A stretch of 41,184 bases of DNA from a virus (taxonomy: Duplodnaviria > Heunggongvirae > Uroviricota > Caudoviricetes), in IMG/VR virus record IMGVR_UViG_3300045988_018086, positions 1 through 41,184 of that record. One strand, given 5' to 3'. This document shows positions 9,074 to 17,431 of this stretch, piece by piece. Position numbers and translations under genes: made by a program. Below the pieces are notes generated by a model. It did not search any database, was not told the DNA's origin, and saw nothing but the letters and a program-made list of their open reading frames with translations. Positions within the stretch are counted from its first letter, which is position 1; every line of letters begins with the position of its first letter.

Positions 9074-10060
9074 TTACAGGTCTGCGTTGGCGATTGCCAG
9101 AGTACCGAGGGTGTGCTTGTTCTCGGCAACAGCTTTGCCCCAGTTAGCCGCGGTGAACAGTTCTGCGTCCAGCGGAGATTTACCGCCGTTGGTAACGTCC
9201 CAGCTGTAGCCTTTCAGTTTCAGGCCGAAGCTGTAGTCCGCCTGCCAGGTGGTCTGGATGCGGGTGTTACCGTTGCTGGTGTCAATGTTGCTGATAATGT
9301 CAGAAGCATTATCAACGATGATGCCGTTCGCAACTACGGACAGAACCTTAGTCTTGTTCGGAGCACCGGTCTTGTTCGGAGCACCGGCCTCGTACAGCGC
9401 AGGAATGTCAGAGATTACGTAACGCTTGCCGAGAACATCGACAACCATAACGTTACCGGCAACGAACAGCTGGTTCGCGTTGGTCAGCGCTTTATCTACC
9501 AGAGTGTGGTAGGCCGCGCCGGTCATGATGTCAGTGACCAACAACTGAGACTGGTCGCCGAATTTAGCGTGGCTGTTGTTCAGCACGTTCAGGGACAAGC
9601 CAGCGGCCGCGGATACATCGTTAACCAGTGCAGGCTGACCTGATACCGCGGCAACGGCGGCACCAACAGCGGTGTTAAGCTGGTCAGCTAACAGTGCGTC
9701 AGAGAACCCTTCGGAGATAGCACGAATCGCGCTCGCCGGGTCTTCGTTCAGCCAGGTCATTTGCGCAGGCTCGAACAGTACCGGTCCGAAGCCGCCAGCG
9801 ACTTTAACGCCTACACGCTCGCCCTGAGTCAGCGCGGTAGCTGCCTGAGACGCGATAGCGGCGTAACGGTCAACGCGGCGTTTAGCGGAGGCAATCTGGT
9901 TAAAGAAAGACTCACGGGAGAAGTCACCGCGCCATGAAGCGGTAGACAGTACAATTGCGCCACCGGAGGCTGCGTTAAACTGGTCAGTTTTCTGGCCAAG
10001 CAGTTCGATAGTGGTACCGACGATATCGTCGTTATAAACCTTCATATCTGACAGAGACAT
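9074..10060 (-). CDS. Major capsid protein
   Basis: 328 aa, strong RBS, immediately after scaffold gene and followed by terminator (high-expression layout). Confidence 0.7.
   Translation of the reverse strand: MSLSDMKVYNDDIVGTTIELLGQKTDQFNAASGGAIVLSTASWRGDFSRESFFNQIASAKRRVDRYAAIASQAATALTQGERVGVKVAGGFGPVLFEPAQMTWLNEDPASAIRAISEGFSDALLADQLNTAVGAAVAAVSGQPALVNDVSAAAGLSLNVLNNSHAKFGDQSQLLVTDIMTGAAYHTLVDKALTNANQLFVAGNVMVVDVLGKRYVISDIPALYEAGAPNKTGAPNKTKVLSVVANGIIVDNASDIISNIDTSNGNTRIQTTWQADYSFGLKLKGYSWDVTNGGKSPLDAELFTAANWGKAVAENKHTLGTLAIANADL
9351..9386. repeat. Perfect 18-bp tandem duplication (GTCTTGTTCGGAGCACCG x2) inside the major capsid gene
   Basis: Read directly; gives in-frame GAPNKT-GAPNKT in the capsid protein. 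Confidence 0.85.
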
Positions 10061-10066
10061 ATTCTG

Positions 10067-10693
10067 TTATCCTCGTTTGCCGTATTTGGCGTTAAGTTTT
10101 TGCTGGATTACGTCCGCACCACCGGCCCCGCCAGTAGAATTTTTGTTACCGGAAGCCCCGCCGCCGGTTGCTGCATCTGCTTTAATCAGATGCGAAAATG
10201 CTTTGTGCTCACGCAGATACTTTTTAAATTGCTCTGCGTCGGTGGTGATGACATTACCATCTGCACCTGTGAACTTGGTCACAACGTCATCGCCGTCAAA
10301 TTCGGTCTTGACCATCATAGCGATAATATCCGCTGCGCTCTCATCAATCAACATGCCAGACAACTGGCTGATAACTGATTTACGTTCTGCGCCGAGGATA
10401 CGCTCAGCCATTTTGCTAATCTTACCGTCTTTCTCGGCGAGTACTGGCTCATACTGACTGCGCAACGTTTTCTCGAATGCCTCAAGTTCGCCGTTCTGTT
10501 TTGCGCGTTCCTGTTCGGCTTTCAGCTTCGCATCTGCGGCTTCTTTCGCAGCAGCGGCAGCAGCTTTCTTTTCAGACAAGAGCTTCTCGTTGTTAGCTTT
10601 AAGACCGGATACCAGCGCGTCAACTTCTTCTTTGGTAAACGTGGTCTTAGTCTCTTGTTGTTCGATAGTTTCGTCTTTCACTTCTTCGCTCAT
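10067..10693 (-). CDS. Scaffolding protein (start at internal ATG 10693)
   Basis: Acidic N-terminus, Ala/Lys/Glu-rich coiled-coil region, located directly upstream of major capsid gene; AGGGGA RBS. Confidence 0.6.
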   Translation of the reverse strand: MSEEVKDETIEQQETKTTFTKEEVDALVSGLKANNEKLLSEKKAAAAAAKEAADAKLKAEQERAKQNGELEAFEKTLRSQYEPVLAEKDGKISKMAERILGAERKSVISQLSGMLIDESAADIIAMMVKTEFDGDDVVTKFTGADGNVITTDAEQFKKYLREHKAFSHLIKADAATGGGASGNKNSTGGAGGADVIQQKLNAKYGKRG

Positions 10694-10772
10694 CAGTATG
10701 TCCCCTGGACGTTGGAATCCGGGCCACCCGGATTTACATGTCAAGAATAAATTATTCCAACATACAAGGCAA

Positions 10773-11036
10773 CTATTCCAGAATATTCCTCACGTAATCC
10801 TGCAACATGAACACTTTAAGTCTCAGTTGCCGTACACATTCTGCGTTCTGGACGTCAATAGCTAAATCCTCGTCCGCGTCGTTACTTGGCAGTGCCAGTT
10901 TGCACGGTGGCTGCATCATCGTCGTATCCGGGGATGGAATTGGCGTTTGCGACGGCGCGGGACTTGAGCTGCACGCGCTCAGGGTCAAAAGTGCACACGC
11001 TGCGGCCAGGCGTTTTAATGTACTTAACGACTTCAC
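10773..11036 (-). CDS. Outer-membrane spanin (Rz1-like lipoprotein), partly overlapping the i-spanin gene in another frame
   Basis: Signal peptide with lipobox LSAC, proline-rich mature part; GTG start with AGAGGT RBS; overlaps 10882..11268. Confidence 0.65.
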   Translation of the reverse strand: MKSLSTLKRLAAACALLTLSACSSSPAPSQTPIPSPDTTMMQPPCKLALPSNDADEDLAIDVQNAECVRQLRLKVFMLQDYVRNILE

Positions 11037-11268
11037 GGGTGATTACCTCTGATTTCGTCTTGCCTTCGTTATCAGCGGCGGCGGCCTTCGATTCATCCTG
11101 CTGCTGCCGTTGTGTTTTCTTAGCTAACTCAGCCTGTGCTTTCTGCTGTTGCTGCGAAACGAGATTCGCCCGGCCTCCGTTCCAGCCGCTGCGATACTGG
11201 TAGATGCCGTGTGCGTAAGCCAGGATGATGAAACATGCTCCCGCTACGACAGTTGCTTTAAGATTCAT
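10882..11268 (-). CDS. Inner-membrane spanin (Rz-like)
   Basis: N-terminal transmembrane segment followed by Gln/Ala/Lys-rich helical periplasmic domain; AAAGGGGA RBS. Confidence 0.65.
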   Translation of the reverse strand: MNLKATVVAGACFIILAYAHGIYQYRSGWNGGRANLVSQQQQKAQAELAKKTQRQQQDESKAAAADNEGKTKSEVITREVVKYIKTPGRSVCTFDPERVQLKSRAVANANSIPGYDDDAATVQTGTAK

Positions 11269-11290
11269 GTTTCCCCTTTCTCGATAAGTA

Positions 11291-11320
11291 AAGCCCCGCC
11301 TTAAAGCGGGGCTTTACTTA
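11291..11320. terminator. Hairpin (AAGCCCCGC-loop-GCGGGGCTT), candidate terminator/attenuator at the end of the conserved leader
   Basis: 9-bp GC-rich stem; moderate U-run on both strands. Confidence 0.4.
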
Positions 11321-11375
11321 TCATTTAAACATAGAAACGGCGTAATCTCAGTAAACCAGTTACTTTTTACACAAG

Positions 11376-11525
11376 CAATAGAGTATGGCCCTTCCGAACG
11401 CGTCAGCGTAACTACACTCAGGACTTACGTCCCGCTCCGTTACCTGCCCGCGCCGCGGTCGCTTGTTCATACTTCACAAGCTCAGGTGGAGCTTAGCACA
11501 TTTTTGGTGAAAAGTCAACTATTCG
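11376..11525 (-). promoter_or_regulatory. Copy A of a ~145-bp conserved element: promoter TTGACT-N17-TGcTAAGCT (minus strand, approx 11518 to 11490) plus conserved transcribed leader
   Basis: Blocks identical or near-identical to 23041..23190 (same orientation); promoter hexamers at same spacing in both. Confidence 0.5.
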
Positions 11526-11582
11526 AATAGTTTATTCCAACATTTACAATTGAGTGGAATAACTGGAATAATCACAGGCACT

Positions 11583-11607
11583 AAAAAGCCCCTTTCGGGG
11601 CTTCAGT
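11583..11607 (-). terminator. Intrinsic terminator (AGCCCC-TTTC-GGGGCT plus T5) after the Ig-like protein gene
   Basis: Stem and U-run on minus strand. Confidence 0.55.
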
Positions 11608-12069
11608 TTATTCTGGCTTAGTAACCTTCGCTGCTTTACTTACGGCCTCTATACCATCGGCATCAGTGACTTTAACGAAGTATTCACCAACTGCGTTAAC
11701 CGTCAGAGACAGAGCCTCTTCCGGGGCGTTTACCACTTCCTTCCCGTCTTTGTACCAGGTCAGCGCATATGGTGCTTTGCCCGCCTTAACTTCGACAGCG
11801 ATATTTGCGCTGCCGTCTGCCAGTTCCGTGTCTTTCGGTTGTACGGAGAAATACACATCACCGGCATCCGCCAGGTACTGAATCTCATAAAGCATACCTG
11901 CCGCTGGCAGCGCAATACCGGTCTTGTCCGCAAACGGCATATCGTCCACTGGTGTTCCGAGTACACTTTCGTCTTCAATAAACACCACGTTCTCGCCAGA
12001 GCCAGACACGCGGGAGTACTGTACTACGCGACGCGAAGGTACGTCGGTTACTTTGAAAAAGCCCATCAT
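11608..12069 (-). CDS. Ig-like domain protein (possible capsid decoration protein)
   Basis: Beta-rich sequence with ALTWYKDG motif typical of bacterial Ig-like domains; position after head morphogenesis gene. Confidence 0.45.
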   Translation of the reverse strand: MMGFFKVTDVPSRRVVQYSRVSGSGENVVFIEDESVLGTPVDDMPFADKTGIALPAAGMLYEIQYLADAGDVYFSVQPKDTELADGSANIAVEVKAGKAPYALTWYKDGKEVVNAPEEALSLTVNAVGEYFVKVTDADGIEAVSKAAKVTKPE

Positions 12070-13112
12070 TAATCCCCTTTCAGATAATCAGCAACACGTT
12101 TATCGAGTTCCGCCATCTGCTTAAGCGTGAGCGGATTCCCGAAACCATCTACAGATATTACGCGAAACTCTTCCGGCGATATACCGCTGTTACGGAAAAT
12201 CTTACCTCGCACCGGGCCGAGCGCCTGGTCCTGAAACCACGCCGGTTGTTGTTTAAGGAACTCGTAGTAAGTGGTGTCTACGCTTACCTGAGTGCCACCT
12301 TCCGCGCCTTTAGCCGCGCGTTTTGCGCCTTTATCGAGGAAGTCGAACTCGGAACTGATTACCGGAGCCGTGCACGACCGGCAGTTCGGATGGGCAGGGG
12401 GCATCGGCCCCTTACCAATTTCCCACGTCATCCCGTCTCTGACCCTGCAAATCGTACTGGTGCGGCTGTCAAGCGTTGACACCCACTCGTACTTCTCTAT
12501 GATGTCGTCGTTCTGGCGGTACGTCTCGTTACGGGCTTCGTTGGACACGTGAGACAGCGCGGTGCGGATGACGGTAGCGGCGTTACGCTCAGAGATGTCA
12601 GCCAGCCCACCGGCGCCTACTACATTCTTAACAATCTGCCGTGTTGTTTGACCTTGTACAAAGCCCATCTTAACGCCGGTTACAAGACGTGCTACTTCCG
12701 TTTCACCCCAGCCCGCCATCAGCTTAGTGAAATCGACAGGCTTGTCGCTTAATGAGAGCGGCTGAAACTCGGCAGCGGCCCACACCTGTTCAGCGGTAGG
12801 CGTAACAAATTCCGCATTAACGTTGGCCGTCAGCGTTTTTACGTTCCACTCAGCCTCATATGCCGCCAGTTCCTTAAGGTCATCTGTCAGCTTTGTTTGC
12901 CAGTCGCCCGTAAGTCCGGTCAGTGTTTCTTCCAGGTCACGTAACAGTTTATTCAGTCGTGCAGTGCTCCGACTGTCGTCACCGAATAACAGCACCTGCC
13001 GTTTGATTTCGTCCCGCATTTCCTGAAGGAACGGCGCGAGGTCTTTCACCTCACCGGATGCGGTGCGTTGCAGCCATATCTGGTGACTGATTAGGGATGT
13101 AAGTAAGCTCAT
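12069..13112 (-). CDS. Minor head / head morphogenesis protein (MuF / SPP1 gp7 family); start at ATG 13112
   Basis: Signature LDSRTSTIC...HPNCRC; AGGAGGG RBS before ATG 13112. Confidence 0.65.
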   Translation of the reverse strand: MSLLTSLISHQIWLQRTASGEVKDLAPFLQEMRDEIKRQVLLFGDDSRSTARLNKLLRDLEETLTGLTGDWQTKLTDDLKELAAYEAEWNVKTLTANVNAEFVTPTAEQVWAAAEFQPLSLSDKPVDFTKLMAGWGETEVARLVTGVKMGFVQGQTTRQIVKNVVGAGGLADISERNAATVIRTALSHVSNEARNETYRQNDDIIEKYEWVSTLDSRTSTICRVRDGMTWEIGKGPMPPAHPNCRSCTAPVISSEFDFLDKGAKRAAKGAEGGTQVSVDTTYYEFLKQQPAWFQDQALGPVRGKIFRNSGISPEEFRVISVDGFGNPLTLKQMAELDKRVADYLKGD

Positions 13113-13156
13113 GTGCCCTCCTGTAGTATCACCAGTGTAACGCATAAAAATAATAT

Positions 13157-13185
13157 TTGCAGACACCAATATAATAGGGTACTAT
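13157..13185 (+). promoter_or_regulatory. Promoter TTGCAG-N17-TACTAT with AATAG-N4-CTATT operator, near-identical to 2793..2821
   Basis: Identical 24-nt core CCAATATAATAGGGTACTATTCA; 27 nt upstream of ATG 13213. Confidence 0.5.
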
Positions 13186-13212
13186 TCATTTAACTTAAAC
13201 AGGAGATGCAAA

Positions 13213-13734
13213 ATGGTTACTACAGTAATTACTTTCCCCGCGTATGTAGGGGCGAAAATCTGCAGGGCTAAAAATGACGTACGCTACTACCTGAACGCTT
13301 TTTACATAGACCCTGAAGGGTTGATAGTGTCTACGGACGGTCATAGATTGTTCTGCGACAATGTGAAGACAAACGTTGAAACGGGAGTTCTCATTGACAC
13401 CAAAGGGAGGGAGCCTTCTAAATTTAACTACGCGGAGGTAGACCACGACAACGGCAGCGTTTCTTTCTATGACGATAGTCGTGCGCTTATATGTACACTT
13501 CCGGTGGATGTTGTAGACGGAAAATTTCCTGACTGGCGACGCGTGGCGCGCATTACACCGGATGCCGTCGGTAGCATAGGGTTCACTCTGCGCTATTTGG
13601 CAGACGCGTACAAGATTTCTAAGGCATACAAAAATGAAATTGCTCGTTTCGATTTCCAGGACCAAACCAGAGGATGCAAAATATCGTTTTCAGACACTGC
13701 GTTTATGGTGCTAATGCCCGCAAGATTTAAATAA
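13213..13734 (+). CDS. DnaN (beta sliding clamp)-like protein, truncated: domain II plus C-terminal half of domain III, no domain I
   Basis: Blocks DVRYYLN..TDGHRL, VDGKFPDWRRV and C-terminal MVLMPARF match E. coli DnaN DVRYYLNG..TDGHRL, VDGRFPDYRRV and YVVMPMRL as I recall that sequence; AGGAG RBS; own promoter and terminator. Confidence 0.55.
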   Translation: MVTTVITFPAYVGAKICRAKNDVRYYLNAFYIDPEGLIVSTDGHRLFCDNVKTNVETGVLIDTKGREPSKFNYAEVDHDNGSVSFYDDSRALICTLPVDVVDGKFPDWRRVARITPDAVGSIGFTLRYLADAYKISKAYKNEIARFDFQDQTRGCKISFSDTAFMVLMPARFK

Positions 13735-13738
13735 AACT

Positions 13739-13760
13739 AAGGCCCCATTGCGGGGCCTTT
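13739..13760. terminator. Bidirectional terminator hairpin (AAGGCCCC-ATTG-CGGGGCCTT)
   Basis: GC stem with T-runs on both strands between convergent genes. Confidence 0.55.
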
Positions 13761-13764
13761 TTCT

Positions 13765-15249
13765 TTACTCCTGTTGTTGCTGCGCCGACTGCGGAATTTC
13801 TCCCGCTACCTGAGTAACCGCACCTAACGGCAGTGGTGCGTCCTCAATAGCGTTCTGGATGTCTTCGTCCGTCCAGTCAGTTACGCCCGCCTTACGCAAT
13901 GCCGCGTAATAAGCTGTAGCTGGTAACAGGCCCGCGTTAATATCCGCCATCCACTGCGCGCGGTCCTGAGCGGTCATTGGTTGCAGGAAGAACTCCATGT
14001 TCAGTTTGAACTCAATTTCAGTGCTGTCGCTAATCCCAAGCATACCCGCGACCCAGCGCAACGCATCGGTATACGCCATGCTTACGTTACGTGCGATTGT
14101 TGCCATAACGGACGTATCAGCGCCGCGTTGCAGGCGTGCCGATTCCGCGGTGATTTGCTGCGTCGGGGTAATAAGCTGTGCACCAATCTGGATTGCCTGG
14201 TTCTCTTTATCCAACATGTTCTGCTTGGCTAGGTTGTTCTCACCGGCCTGGACCAGAAACGCATTGCCGCCGTAACCGATGTTATGGCCAGAACGTGACC
14301 CCATACGCACTCCGTGAGGGTTGGCTTCTTTCCATTGTCCCATGCTCATGTTCTCACCGGGGGCGATGAACAGAGTAGGCTGGCCTACGACGAAGCTGGA
14401 CTCCTCATTGTCCGCGCTGTTGCGGAAGTGCCCGATATTAAGTTCAGCCAACGGCAGCAAAGGTGCATCGTCAGGGGTTGAGTCGTTATTTCCCGCGCCG
14501 ATGAACGTGAACGGAATCACCCCGACCGGAATATTACCGAGTTTCGGGAATATTTCGATATAGCCACCTTCCGTCAGTGCACCTTTCTGGTTAAAGCGGT
14601 ACAGACGCTGGCGATACTGGCCTTCGAAAATATCAAGGACTCGGTATTGCTCGCCGTAGTTGGGGCTGAACTCATCCGCGCCATCGGTGTACTCGTATTC
14701 CTCACGCAATACAACCATAACCACACGATTAACAGACCCGACGCGCTGGAGACGCCAGTTGATGATATTCTCTGCGGTGTAGAAAGCGATTGTTGGGTTT
14801 AGTAAACCCTCGTTTTGCTCTGCCATGGTAGCTACTTCTACCGCGGGGGCGTCAACCAGCAAGCCACCGCGACCAACAGCATCAATCTCATACAGAGTAT
14901 CCTGTGCGTGCTGCCACAGGCCAACGCCCGACCCGTCACAGTTAGTGGTCAGGTATTCCATCTGAGACGGAATAATCATCTCTGGGTCTTTGCGCATTAC
15001 GCTGCCGACCATGCCTGAAAGCGTTCGCTTGGTGAAGTTGTAGCAAATTGCCCCCGCTTCGTATTCAGCCTGACGCTGGCGACCGTAAACCGGGTCCGGC
15101 TCGTTCTTACTGACGTCACGTAGATACGATGTCAGGTCGCCAGAAAGCGCATGTCGCACCTTCTGCCACTTAGGGAAATACTCTTCGTACTGGCGGTGGC
15201 GGGTTTTAACGTTCTGCCCTTGCCCTGCGTTAATGTTTGCGGAAACCAT
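13765..15249 (-). CDS. Portal protein
   Basis: 494 aa, immediately downstream of terminase large subunit; AGAGGA RBS. Confidence 0.65.
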   Translation of the reverse strand: MVSANINAGQGQNVKTRHRQYEEYFPKWQKVRHALSGDLTSYLRDVSKNEPDPVYGRQRQAEYEAGAICYNFTKRTLSGMVGSVMRKDPEMIIPSQMEYLTTNCDGSGVGLWQHAQDTLYEIDAVGRGGLLVDAPAVEVATMAEQNEGLLNPTIAFYTAENIINWRLQRVGSVNRVVMVVLREEYEYTDGADEFSPNYGEQYRVLDIFEGQYRQRLYRFNQKGALTEGGYIEIFPKLGNIPVGVIPFTFIGAGNNDSTPDDAPLLPLAELNIGHFRNSADNEESSFVVGQPTLFIAPGENMSMGQWKEANPHGVRMGSRSGHNIGYGGNAFLVQAGENNLAKQNMLDKENQAIQIGAQLITPTQQITAESARLQRGADTSVMATIARNVSMAYTDALRWVAGMLGISDSTEIEFKLNMEFFLQPMTAQDRAQWMADINAGLLPATAYYAALRKAGVTDWTDEDIQNAIEDAPLPLGAVTQVAGEIPQSAQQQQE

Positions 15250-15260
15250 TTGTTGTCCTC

Positions 15261-16511
15261 TTAAAGTGCGAAAGTCACCGGGATGTTGATTACTGGTTTA
15301 ACCACCGGCATCTCGTAAACTACAGGATAGCCGAGAGCATCCGCCATATGGTCAATGATGCCGTCTTTAGCTGGCTCTCCGTTATCATCGTATGCCTGCT
15401 GCTCCAGCGTCTTCGCTATCTCGGGGCATAAGTGGTCATTAACCCACAGCTTACCTTTTTCCAGTGCGGTATTCACGGCTAAAACACGGTCTTTAACCGG
15501 AGGGTTGGCGGATTTAGCGCGAACATCGAAACCGGCCTGCTGGAGTAACGCAATATCTGAGATTGACGCCGAGTTGGTCTTGCGGTTCTTGCCGCTGGCG
15601 TCCGGGTAAACGACTATGCGGTGGCCCTGCGACTTCCACTTCTCAGTAATTACACGCACGGTGTCCGGCGTATCAAACAGACCTTTCAGTTCTGCCACCG
15701 CGTGCCAGCCGTCTTTACGTTGCACATACACGGCGCTGGCGTTCTTCGTAACGTTGAAGTCCTGCCCGATGTACAGTGTATCGCCCGGTTGAATTGTCTC
15801 TTTGCTGCGGTGCTTGCGACGGTCATACGCATAATACACGCTGCCGGATGTCAGGTTAACGAACTCACCGTTCAGGTACGCGTTAATCAGTTGCGCGGGG
15901 TAAGTCTCGGTCAGTGAGCTAATGTAGTCAGGCGGCAGGAATCGCGCGTTCTCGTGTGTAGAAGCCTGCACCATCGAGTAACTCGGCGTCGGGTTCTCTT
16001 TGAACTTGGCGTAGACGAACTTGAACCCTTCCGGTGTCGTGGTGACAGAGATGTGGTTAGTTACGCCGGGGATAACCAGACGCATACGGGCGACTATTTT
16101 GTTCCACGCCAGCTCAGCTTTCTCACGGCTCAATACATCAAGCTCATCCACGACCGCAGCAGCGATTTTGAAGCCGACTATCGAGCCTGGGTTATCCATA
16201 GAACGGCAGATAACTGTACCGAGCACCGTCTTACCGCGAGTAACCACGACTTCTTTGTCGCCAGATTTAACCAGCACATCGAGGCCGAGCAGGTTAGCGG
16301 CTTCCTCAAATGTCGGGTAGAAGATGTCACGGATAGCCGGGTATGTCGGGCCGAAGTAACCCAGGCGCGTACCTGGATGCTTGAGCATAAACGTAAGCAG
16401 GTCAAGGCAGCCAACAAATGTCTTTCCGCTGCCGAAGCCGCCGACATAGGCTTTGTATTTGTTATCGCAATTCAGGAACAGTGCCTGCGGTGCGGATAGC
16501 TTAATACTCAT
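15261..16511 (-). CDS. terL: Terminase large subunit
   Basis: Walker A GGFGSGKT near N-terminus, C-terminal nuclease-like region; overlaps small subunit stop. Confidence 0.8.
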   Translation of the reverse strand: MSIKLSAPQALFLNCDNKYKAYVGGFGSGKTFVGCLDLLTFMLKHPGTRLGYFGPTYPAIRDIFYPTFEEAANLLGLDVLVKSGDKEVVVTRGKTVLGTVICRSMDNPGSIVGFKIAAAVVDELDVLSREKAELAWNKIVARMRLVIPGVTNHISVTTTPEGFKFVYAKFKENPTPSYSMVQASTHENARFLPPDYISSLTETYPAQLINAYLNGEFVNLTSGSVYYAYDRRKHRSKETIQPGDTLYIGQDFNVTKNASAVYVQRKDGWHAVAELKGLFDTPDTVRVITEKWKSQGHRIVVYPDASGKNRKTNSASISDIALLQQAGFDVRAKSANPPVKDRVLAVNTALEKGKLWVNDHLCPEIAKTLEQQAYDDNGEPAKDGIIDHMADALGYPVVYEMPVVKPVINIPVTFAL

Positions 16512-17053
16512 TCCTCTACCTCACCCATATTCGTTGTTACAATTTTACCTACAGGCTCTGCAACACTAAAAATAATCTCAGTCGGTGCCGTTTCTTCGGT
16601 GGATTCGACTGGTTTCTCTTTACCGAGGCCCAGTTTAGCTGCGGCGAACGTAGCAGAGATGCCCGCGGCCCCTGTCTCAGTGAAATATGCCTCTTCCAGC
16701 GCCTGTGCTGTTTCATAGGCTTCTGCAAATGCGGGAATCTCACGCAGCCACAGCTTAATAATCGGGATAGTTACGCCGATGTGTAAGGCGAAGCGGGCCA
16801 GTGACGGGGGTTTATCCTGAATCAGCGGGCGTTCGTCACCCTTAGACGTAGGCACGAGTTCCCACGACGTGCGGTCGAAGAACTCGATTAGCGCGTCGCA
16901 ATAATCCGGGTCCCACAGCGCGGCGGAATTACGGGATGATTGATAAAGGCTCTGTTTACCGCGCGGTCGTTTACGGCGGCGGTTTGCACTAACAGCTTCT
17001 TCATGTGCAGCTTGCACCACCTCTGGCGATGGCTGCTTGAGTTTCAGCTTCAT
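16508..17053 (-). CDS. terS: Terminase small subunit (start at ATG 17053)
   Basis: Basic N-terminal region RRRKRPRGK, position upstream of terL with 4-nt overlap; AAGGGGA RBS. Confidence 0.5.
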   Translation of the reverse strand: MKLKLKQPSPEVVQAAHEEAVSANRRRKRPRGKQSLYQSSRNSAALWDPDYCDALIEFFDRTSWELVPTSKGDERPLIQDKPPSLARFALHIGVTIPIIKLWLREIPAFAEAYETAQALEEAYFTETGAAGISATFAAAKLGLGKEKPVESTEETAPTEIIFSVAEPVGKIVTTNMGEVEE

Positions 17054-17150
17054 AGAATCCCCTTGCATATGCGTCTGACCATCAGAGCGCATCAGACGCG
17101 CCCTACGCGTCTAAAGGGATTATATAAGGTGATTGGGCAGGATGTACAGA

Positions 17151-17170
17151 AAAGCCCTCGGTAGAGGGCT
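17151..17170 (-). terminator. Intrinsic terminator (AAGCCCTC-TACC-GAGGGCTT plus U-run) on minus strand
   Basis: 8-bp stem followed by TTTTCTGT on minus strand. Confidence 0.55.
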
Positions 17171-17272
17171 TGTATCAGTTGTATAGGCCGTGGCGTGGTG
17201 CTCTTTTACCGTCGCCGCCGTAATGGTCGTTAGCTACGGGAATGGCCCGGGCGTTAGGGATGATTAGTAGTC

Positions 17273-17431
17273 TCATTTGAAGAAACCATCCTTGACAAGC
17301 TGACGGTATAGGTTAGCTGCGTAACGCTCTGCCTGGCCTTTGCGCCGAAATATTTTCCCATTAACTGAATACTTATTTAACTCTGGCTCGTACCAAACTT
17401 GGTTGTCGATGAACTCCAGAATACTAATCAT
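17273..17431 (-). CDS. Small protein (52 aa), ATGA-coupled to upstream gene
   Basis: AGAGGAGAG RBS; start overlaps stop of 17428..17688; under 60 aa so absent from track. Confidence 0.3.
   Translation of the reverse strand: MISILEFIDNQVWYEPELNKYSVNGKIFRRKGQAERYAANLYRQLVKDGFFK

Noticed and set aside
9053-9643. Plus-strand 196-aa ORF
   Set aside because: Antisense to the major capsid gene; the STGLVRSTGLV repeat is just the capsid tandem duplication read on the other strand.
11521-11530. ATTCGAAT palindrome considered as part of a tRNA T-arm
   Set aside because: No cloverleaf, acceptor stem or anticodon arm could be built around it; no tRNA genes recognised anywhere in the window.
15954-16499. 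Plus-strand 181-aa ORF
   Set aside because: Lies entirely within the terminase large subunit gene on the opposite strand.
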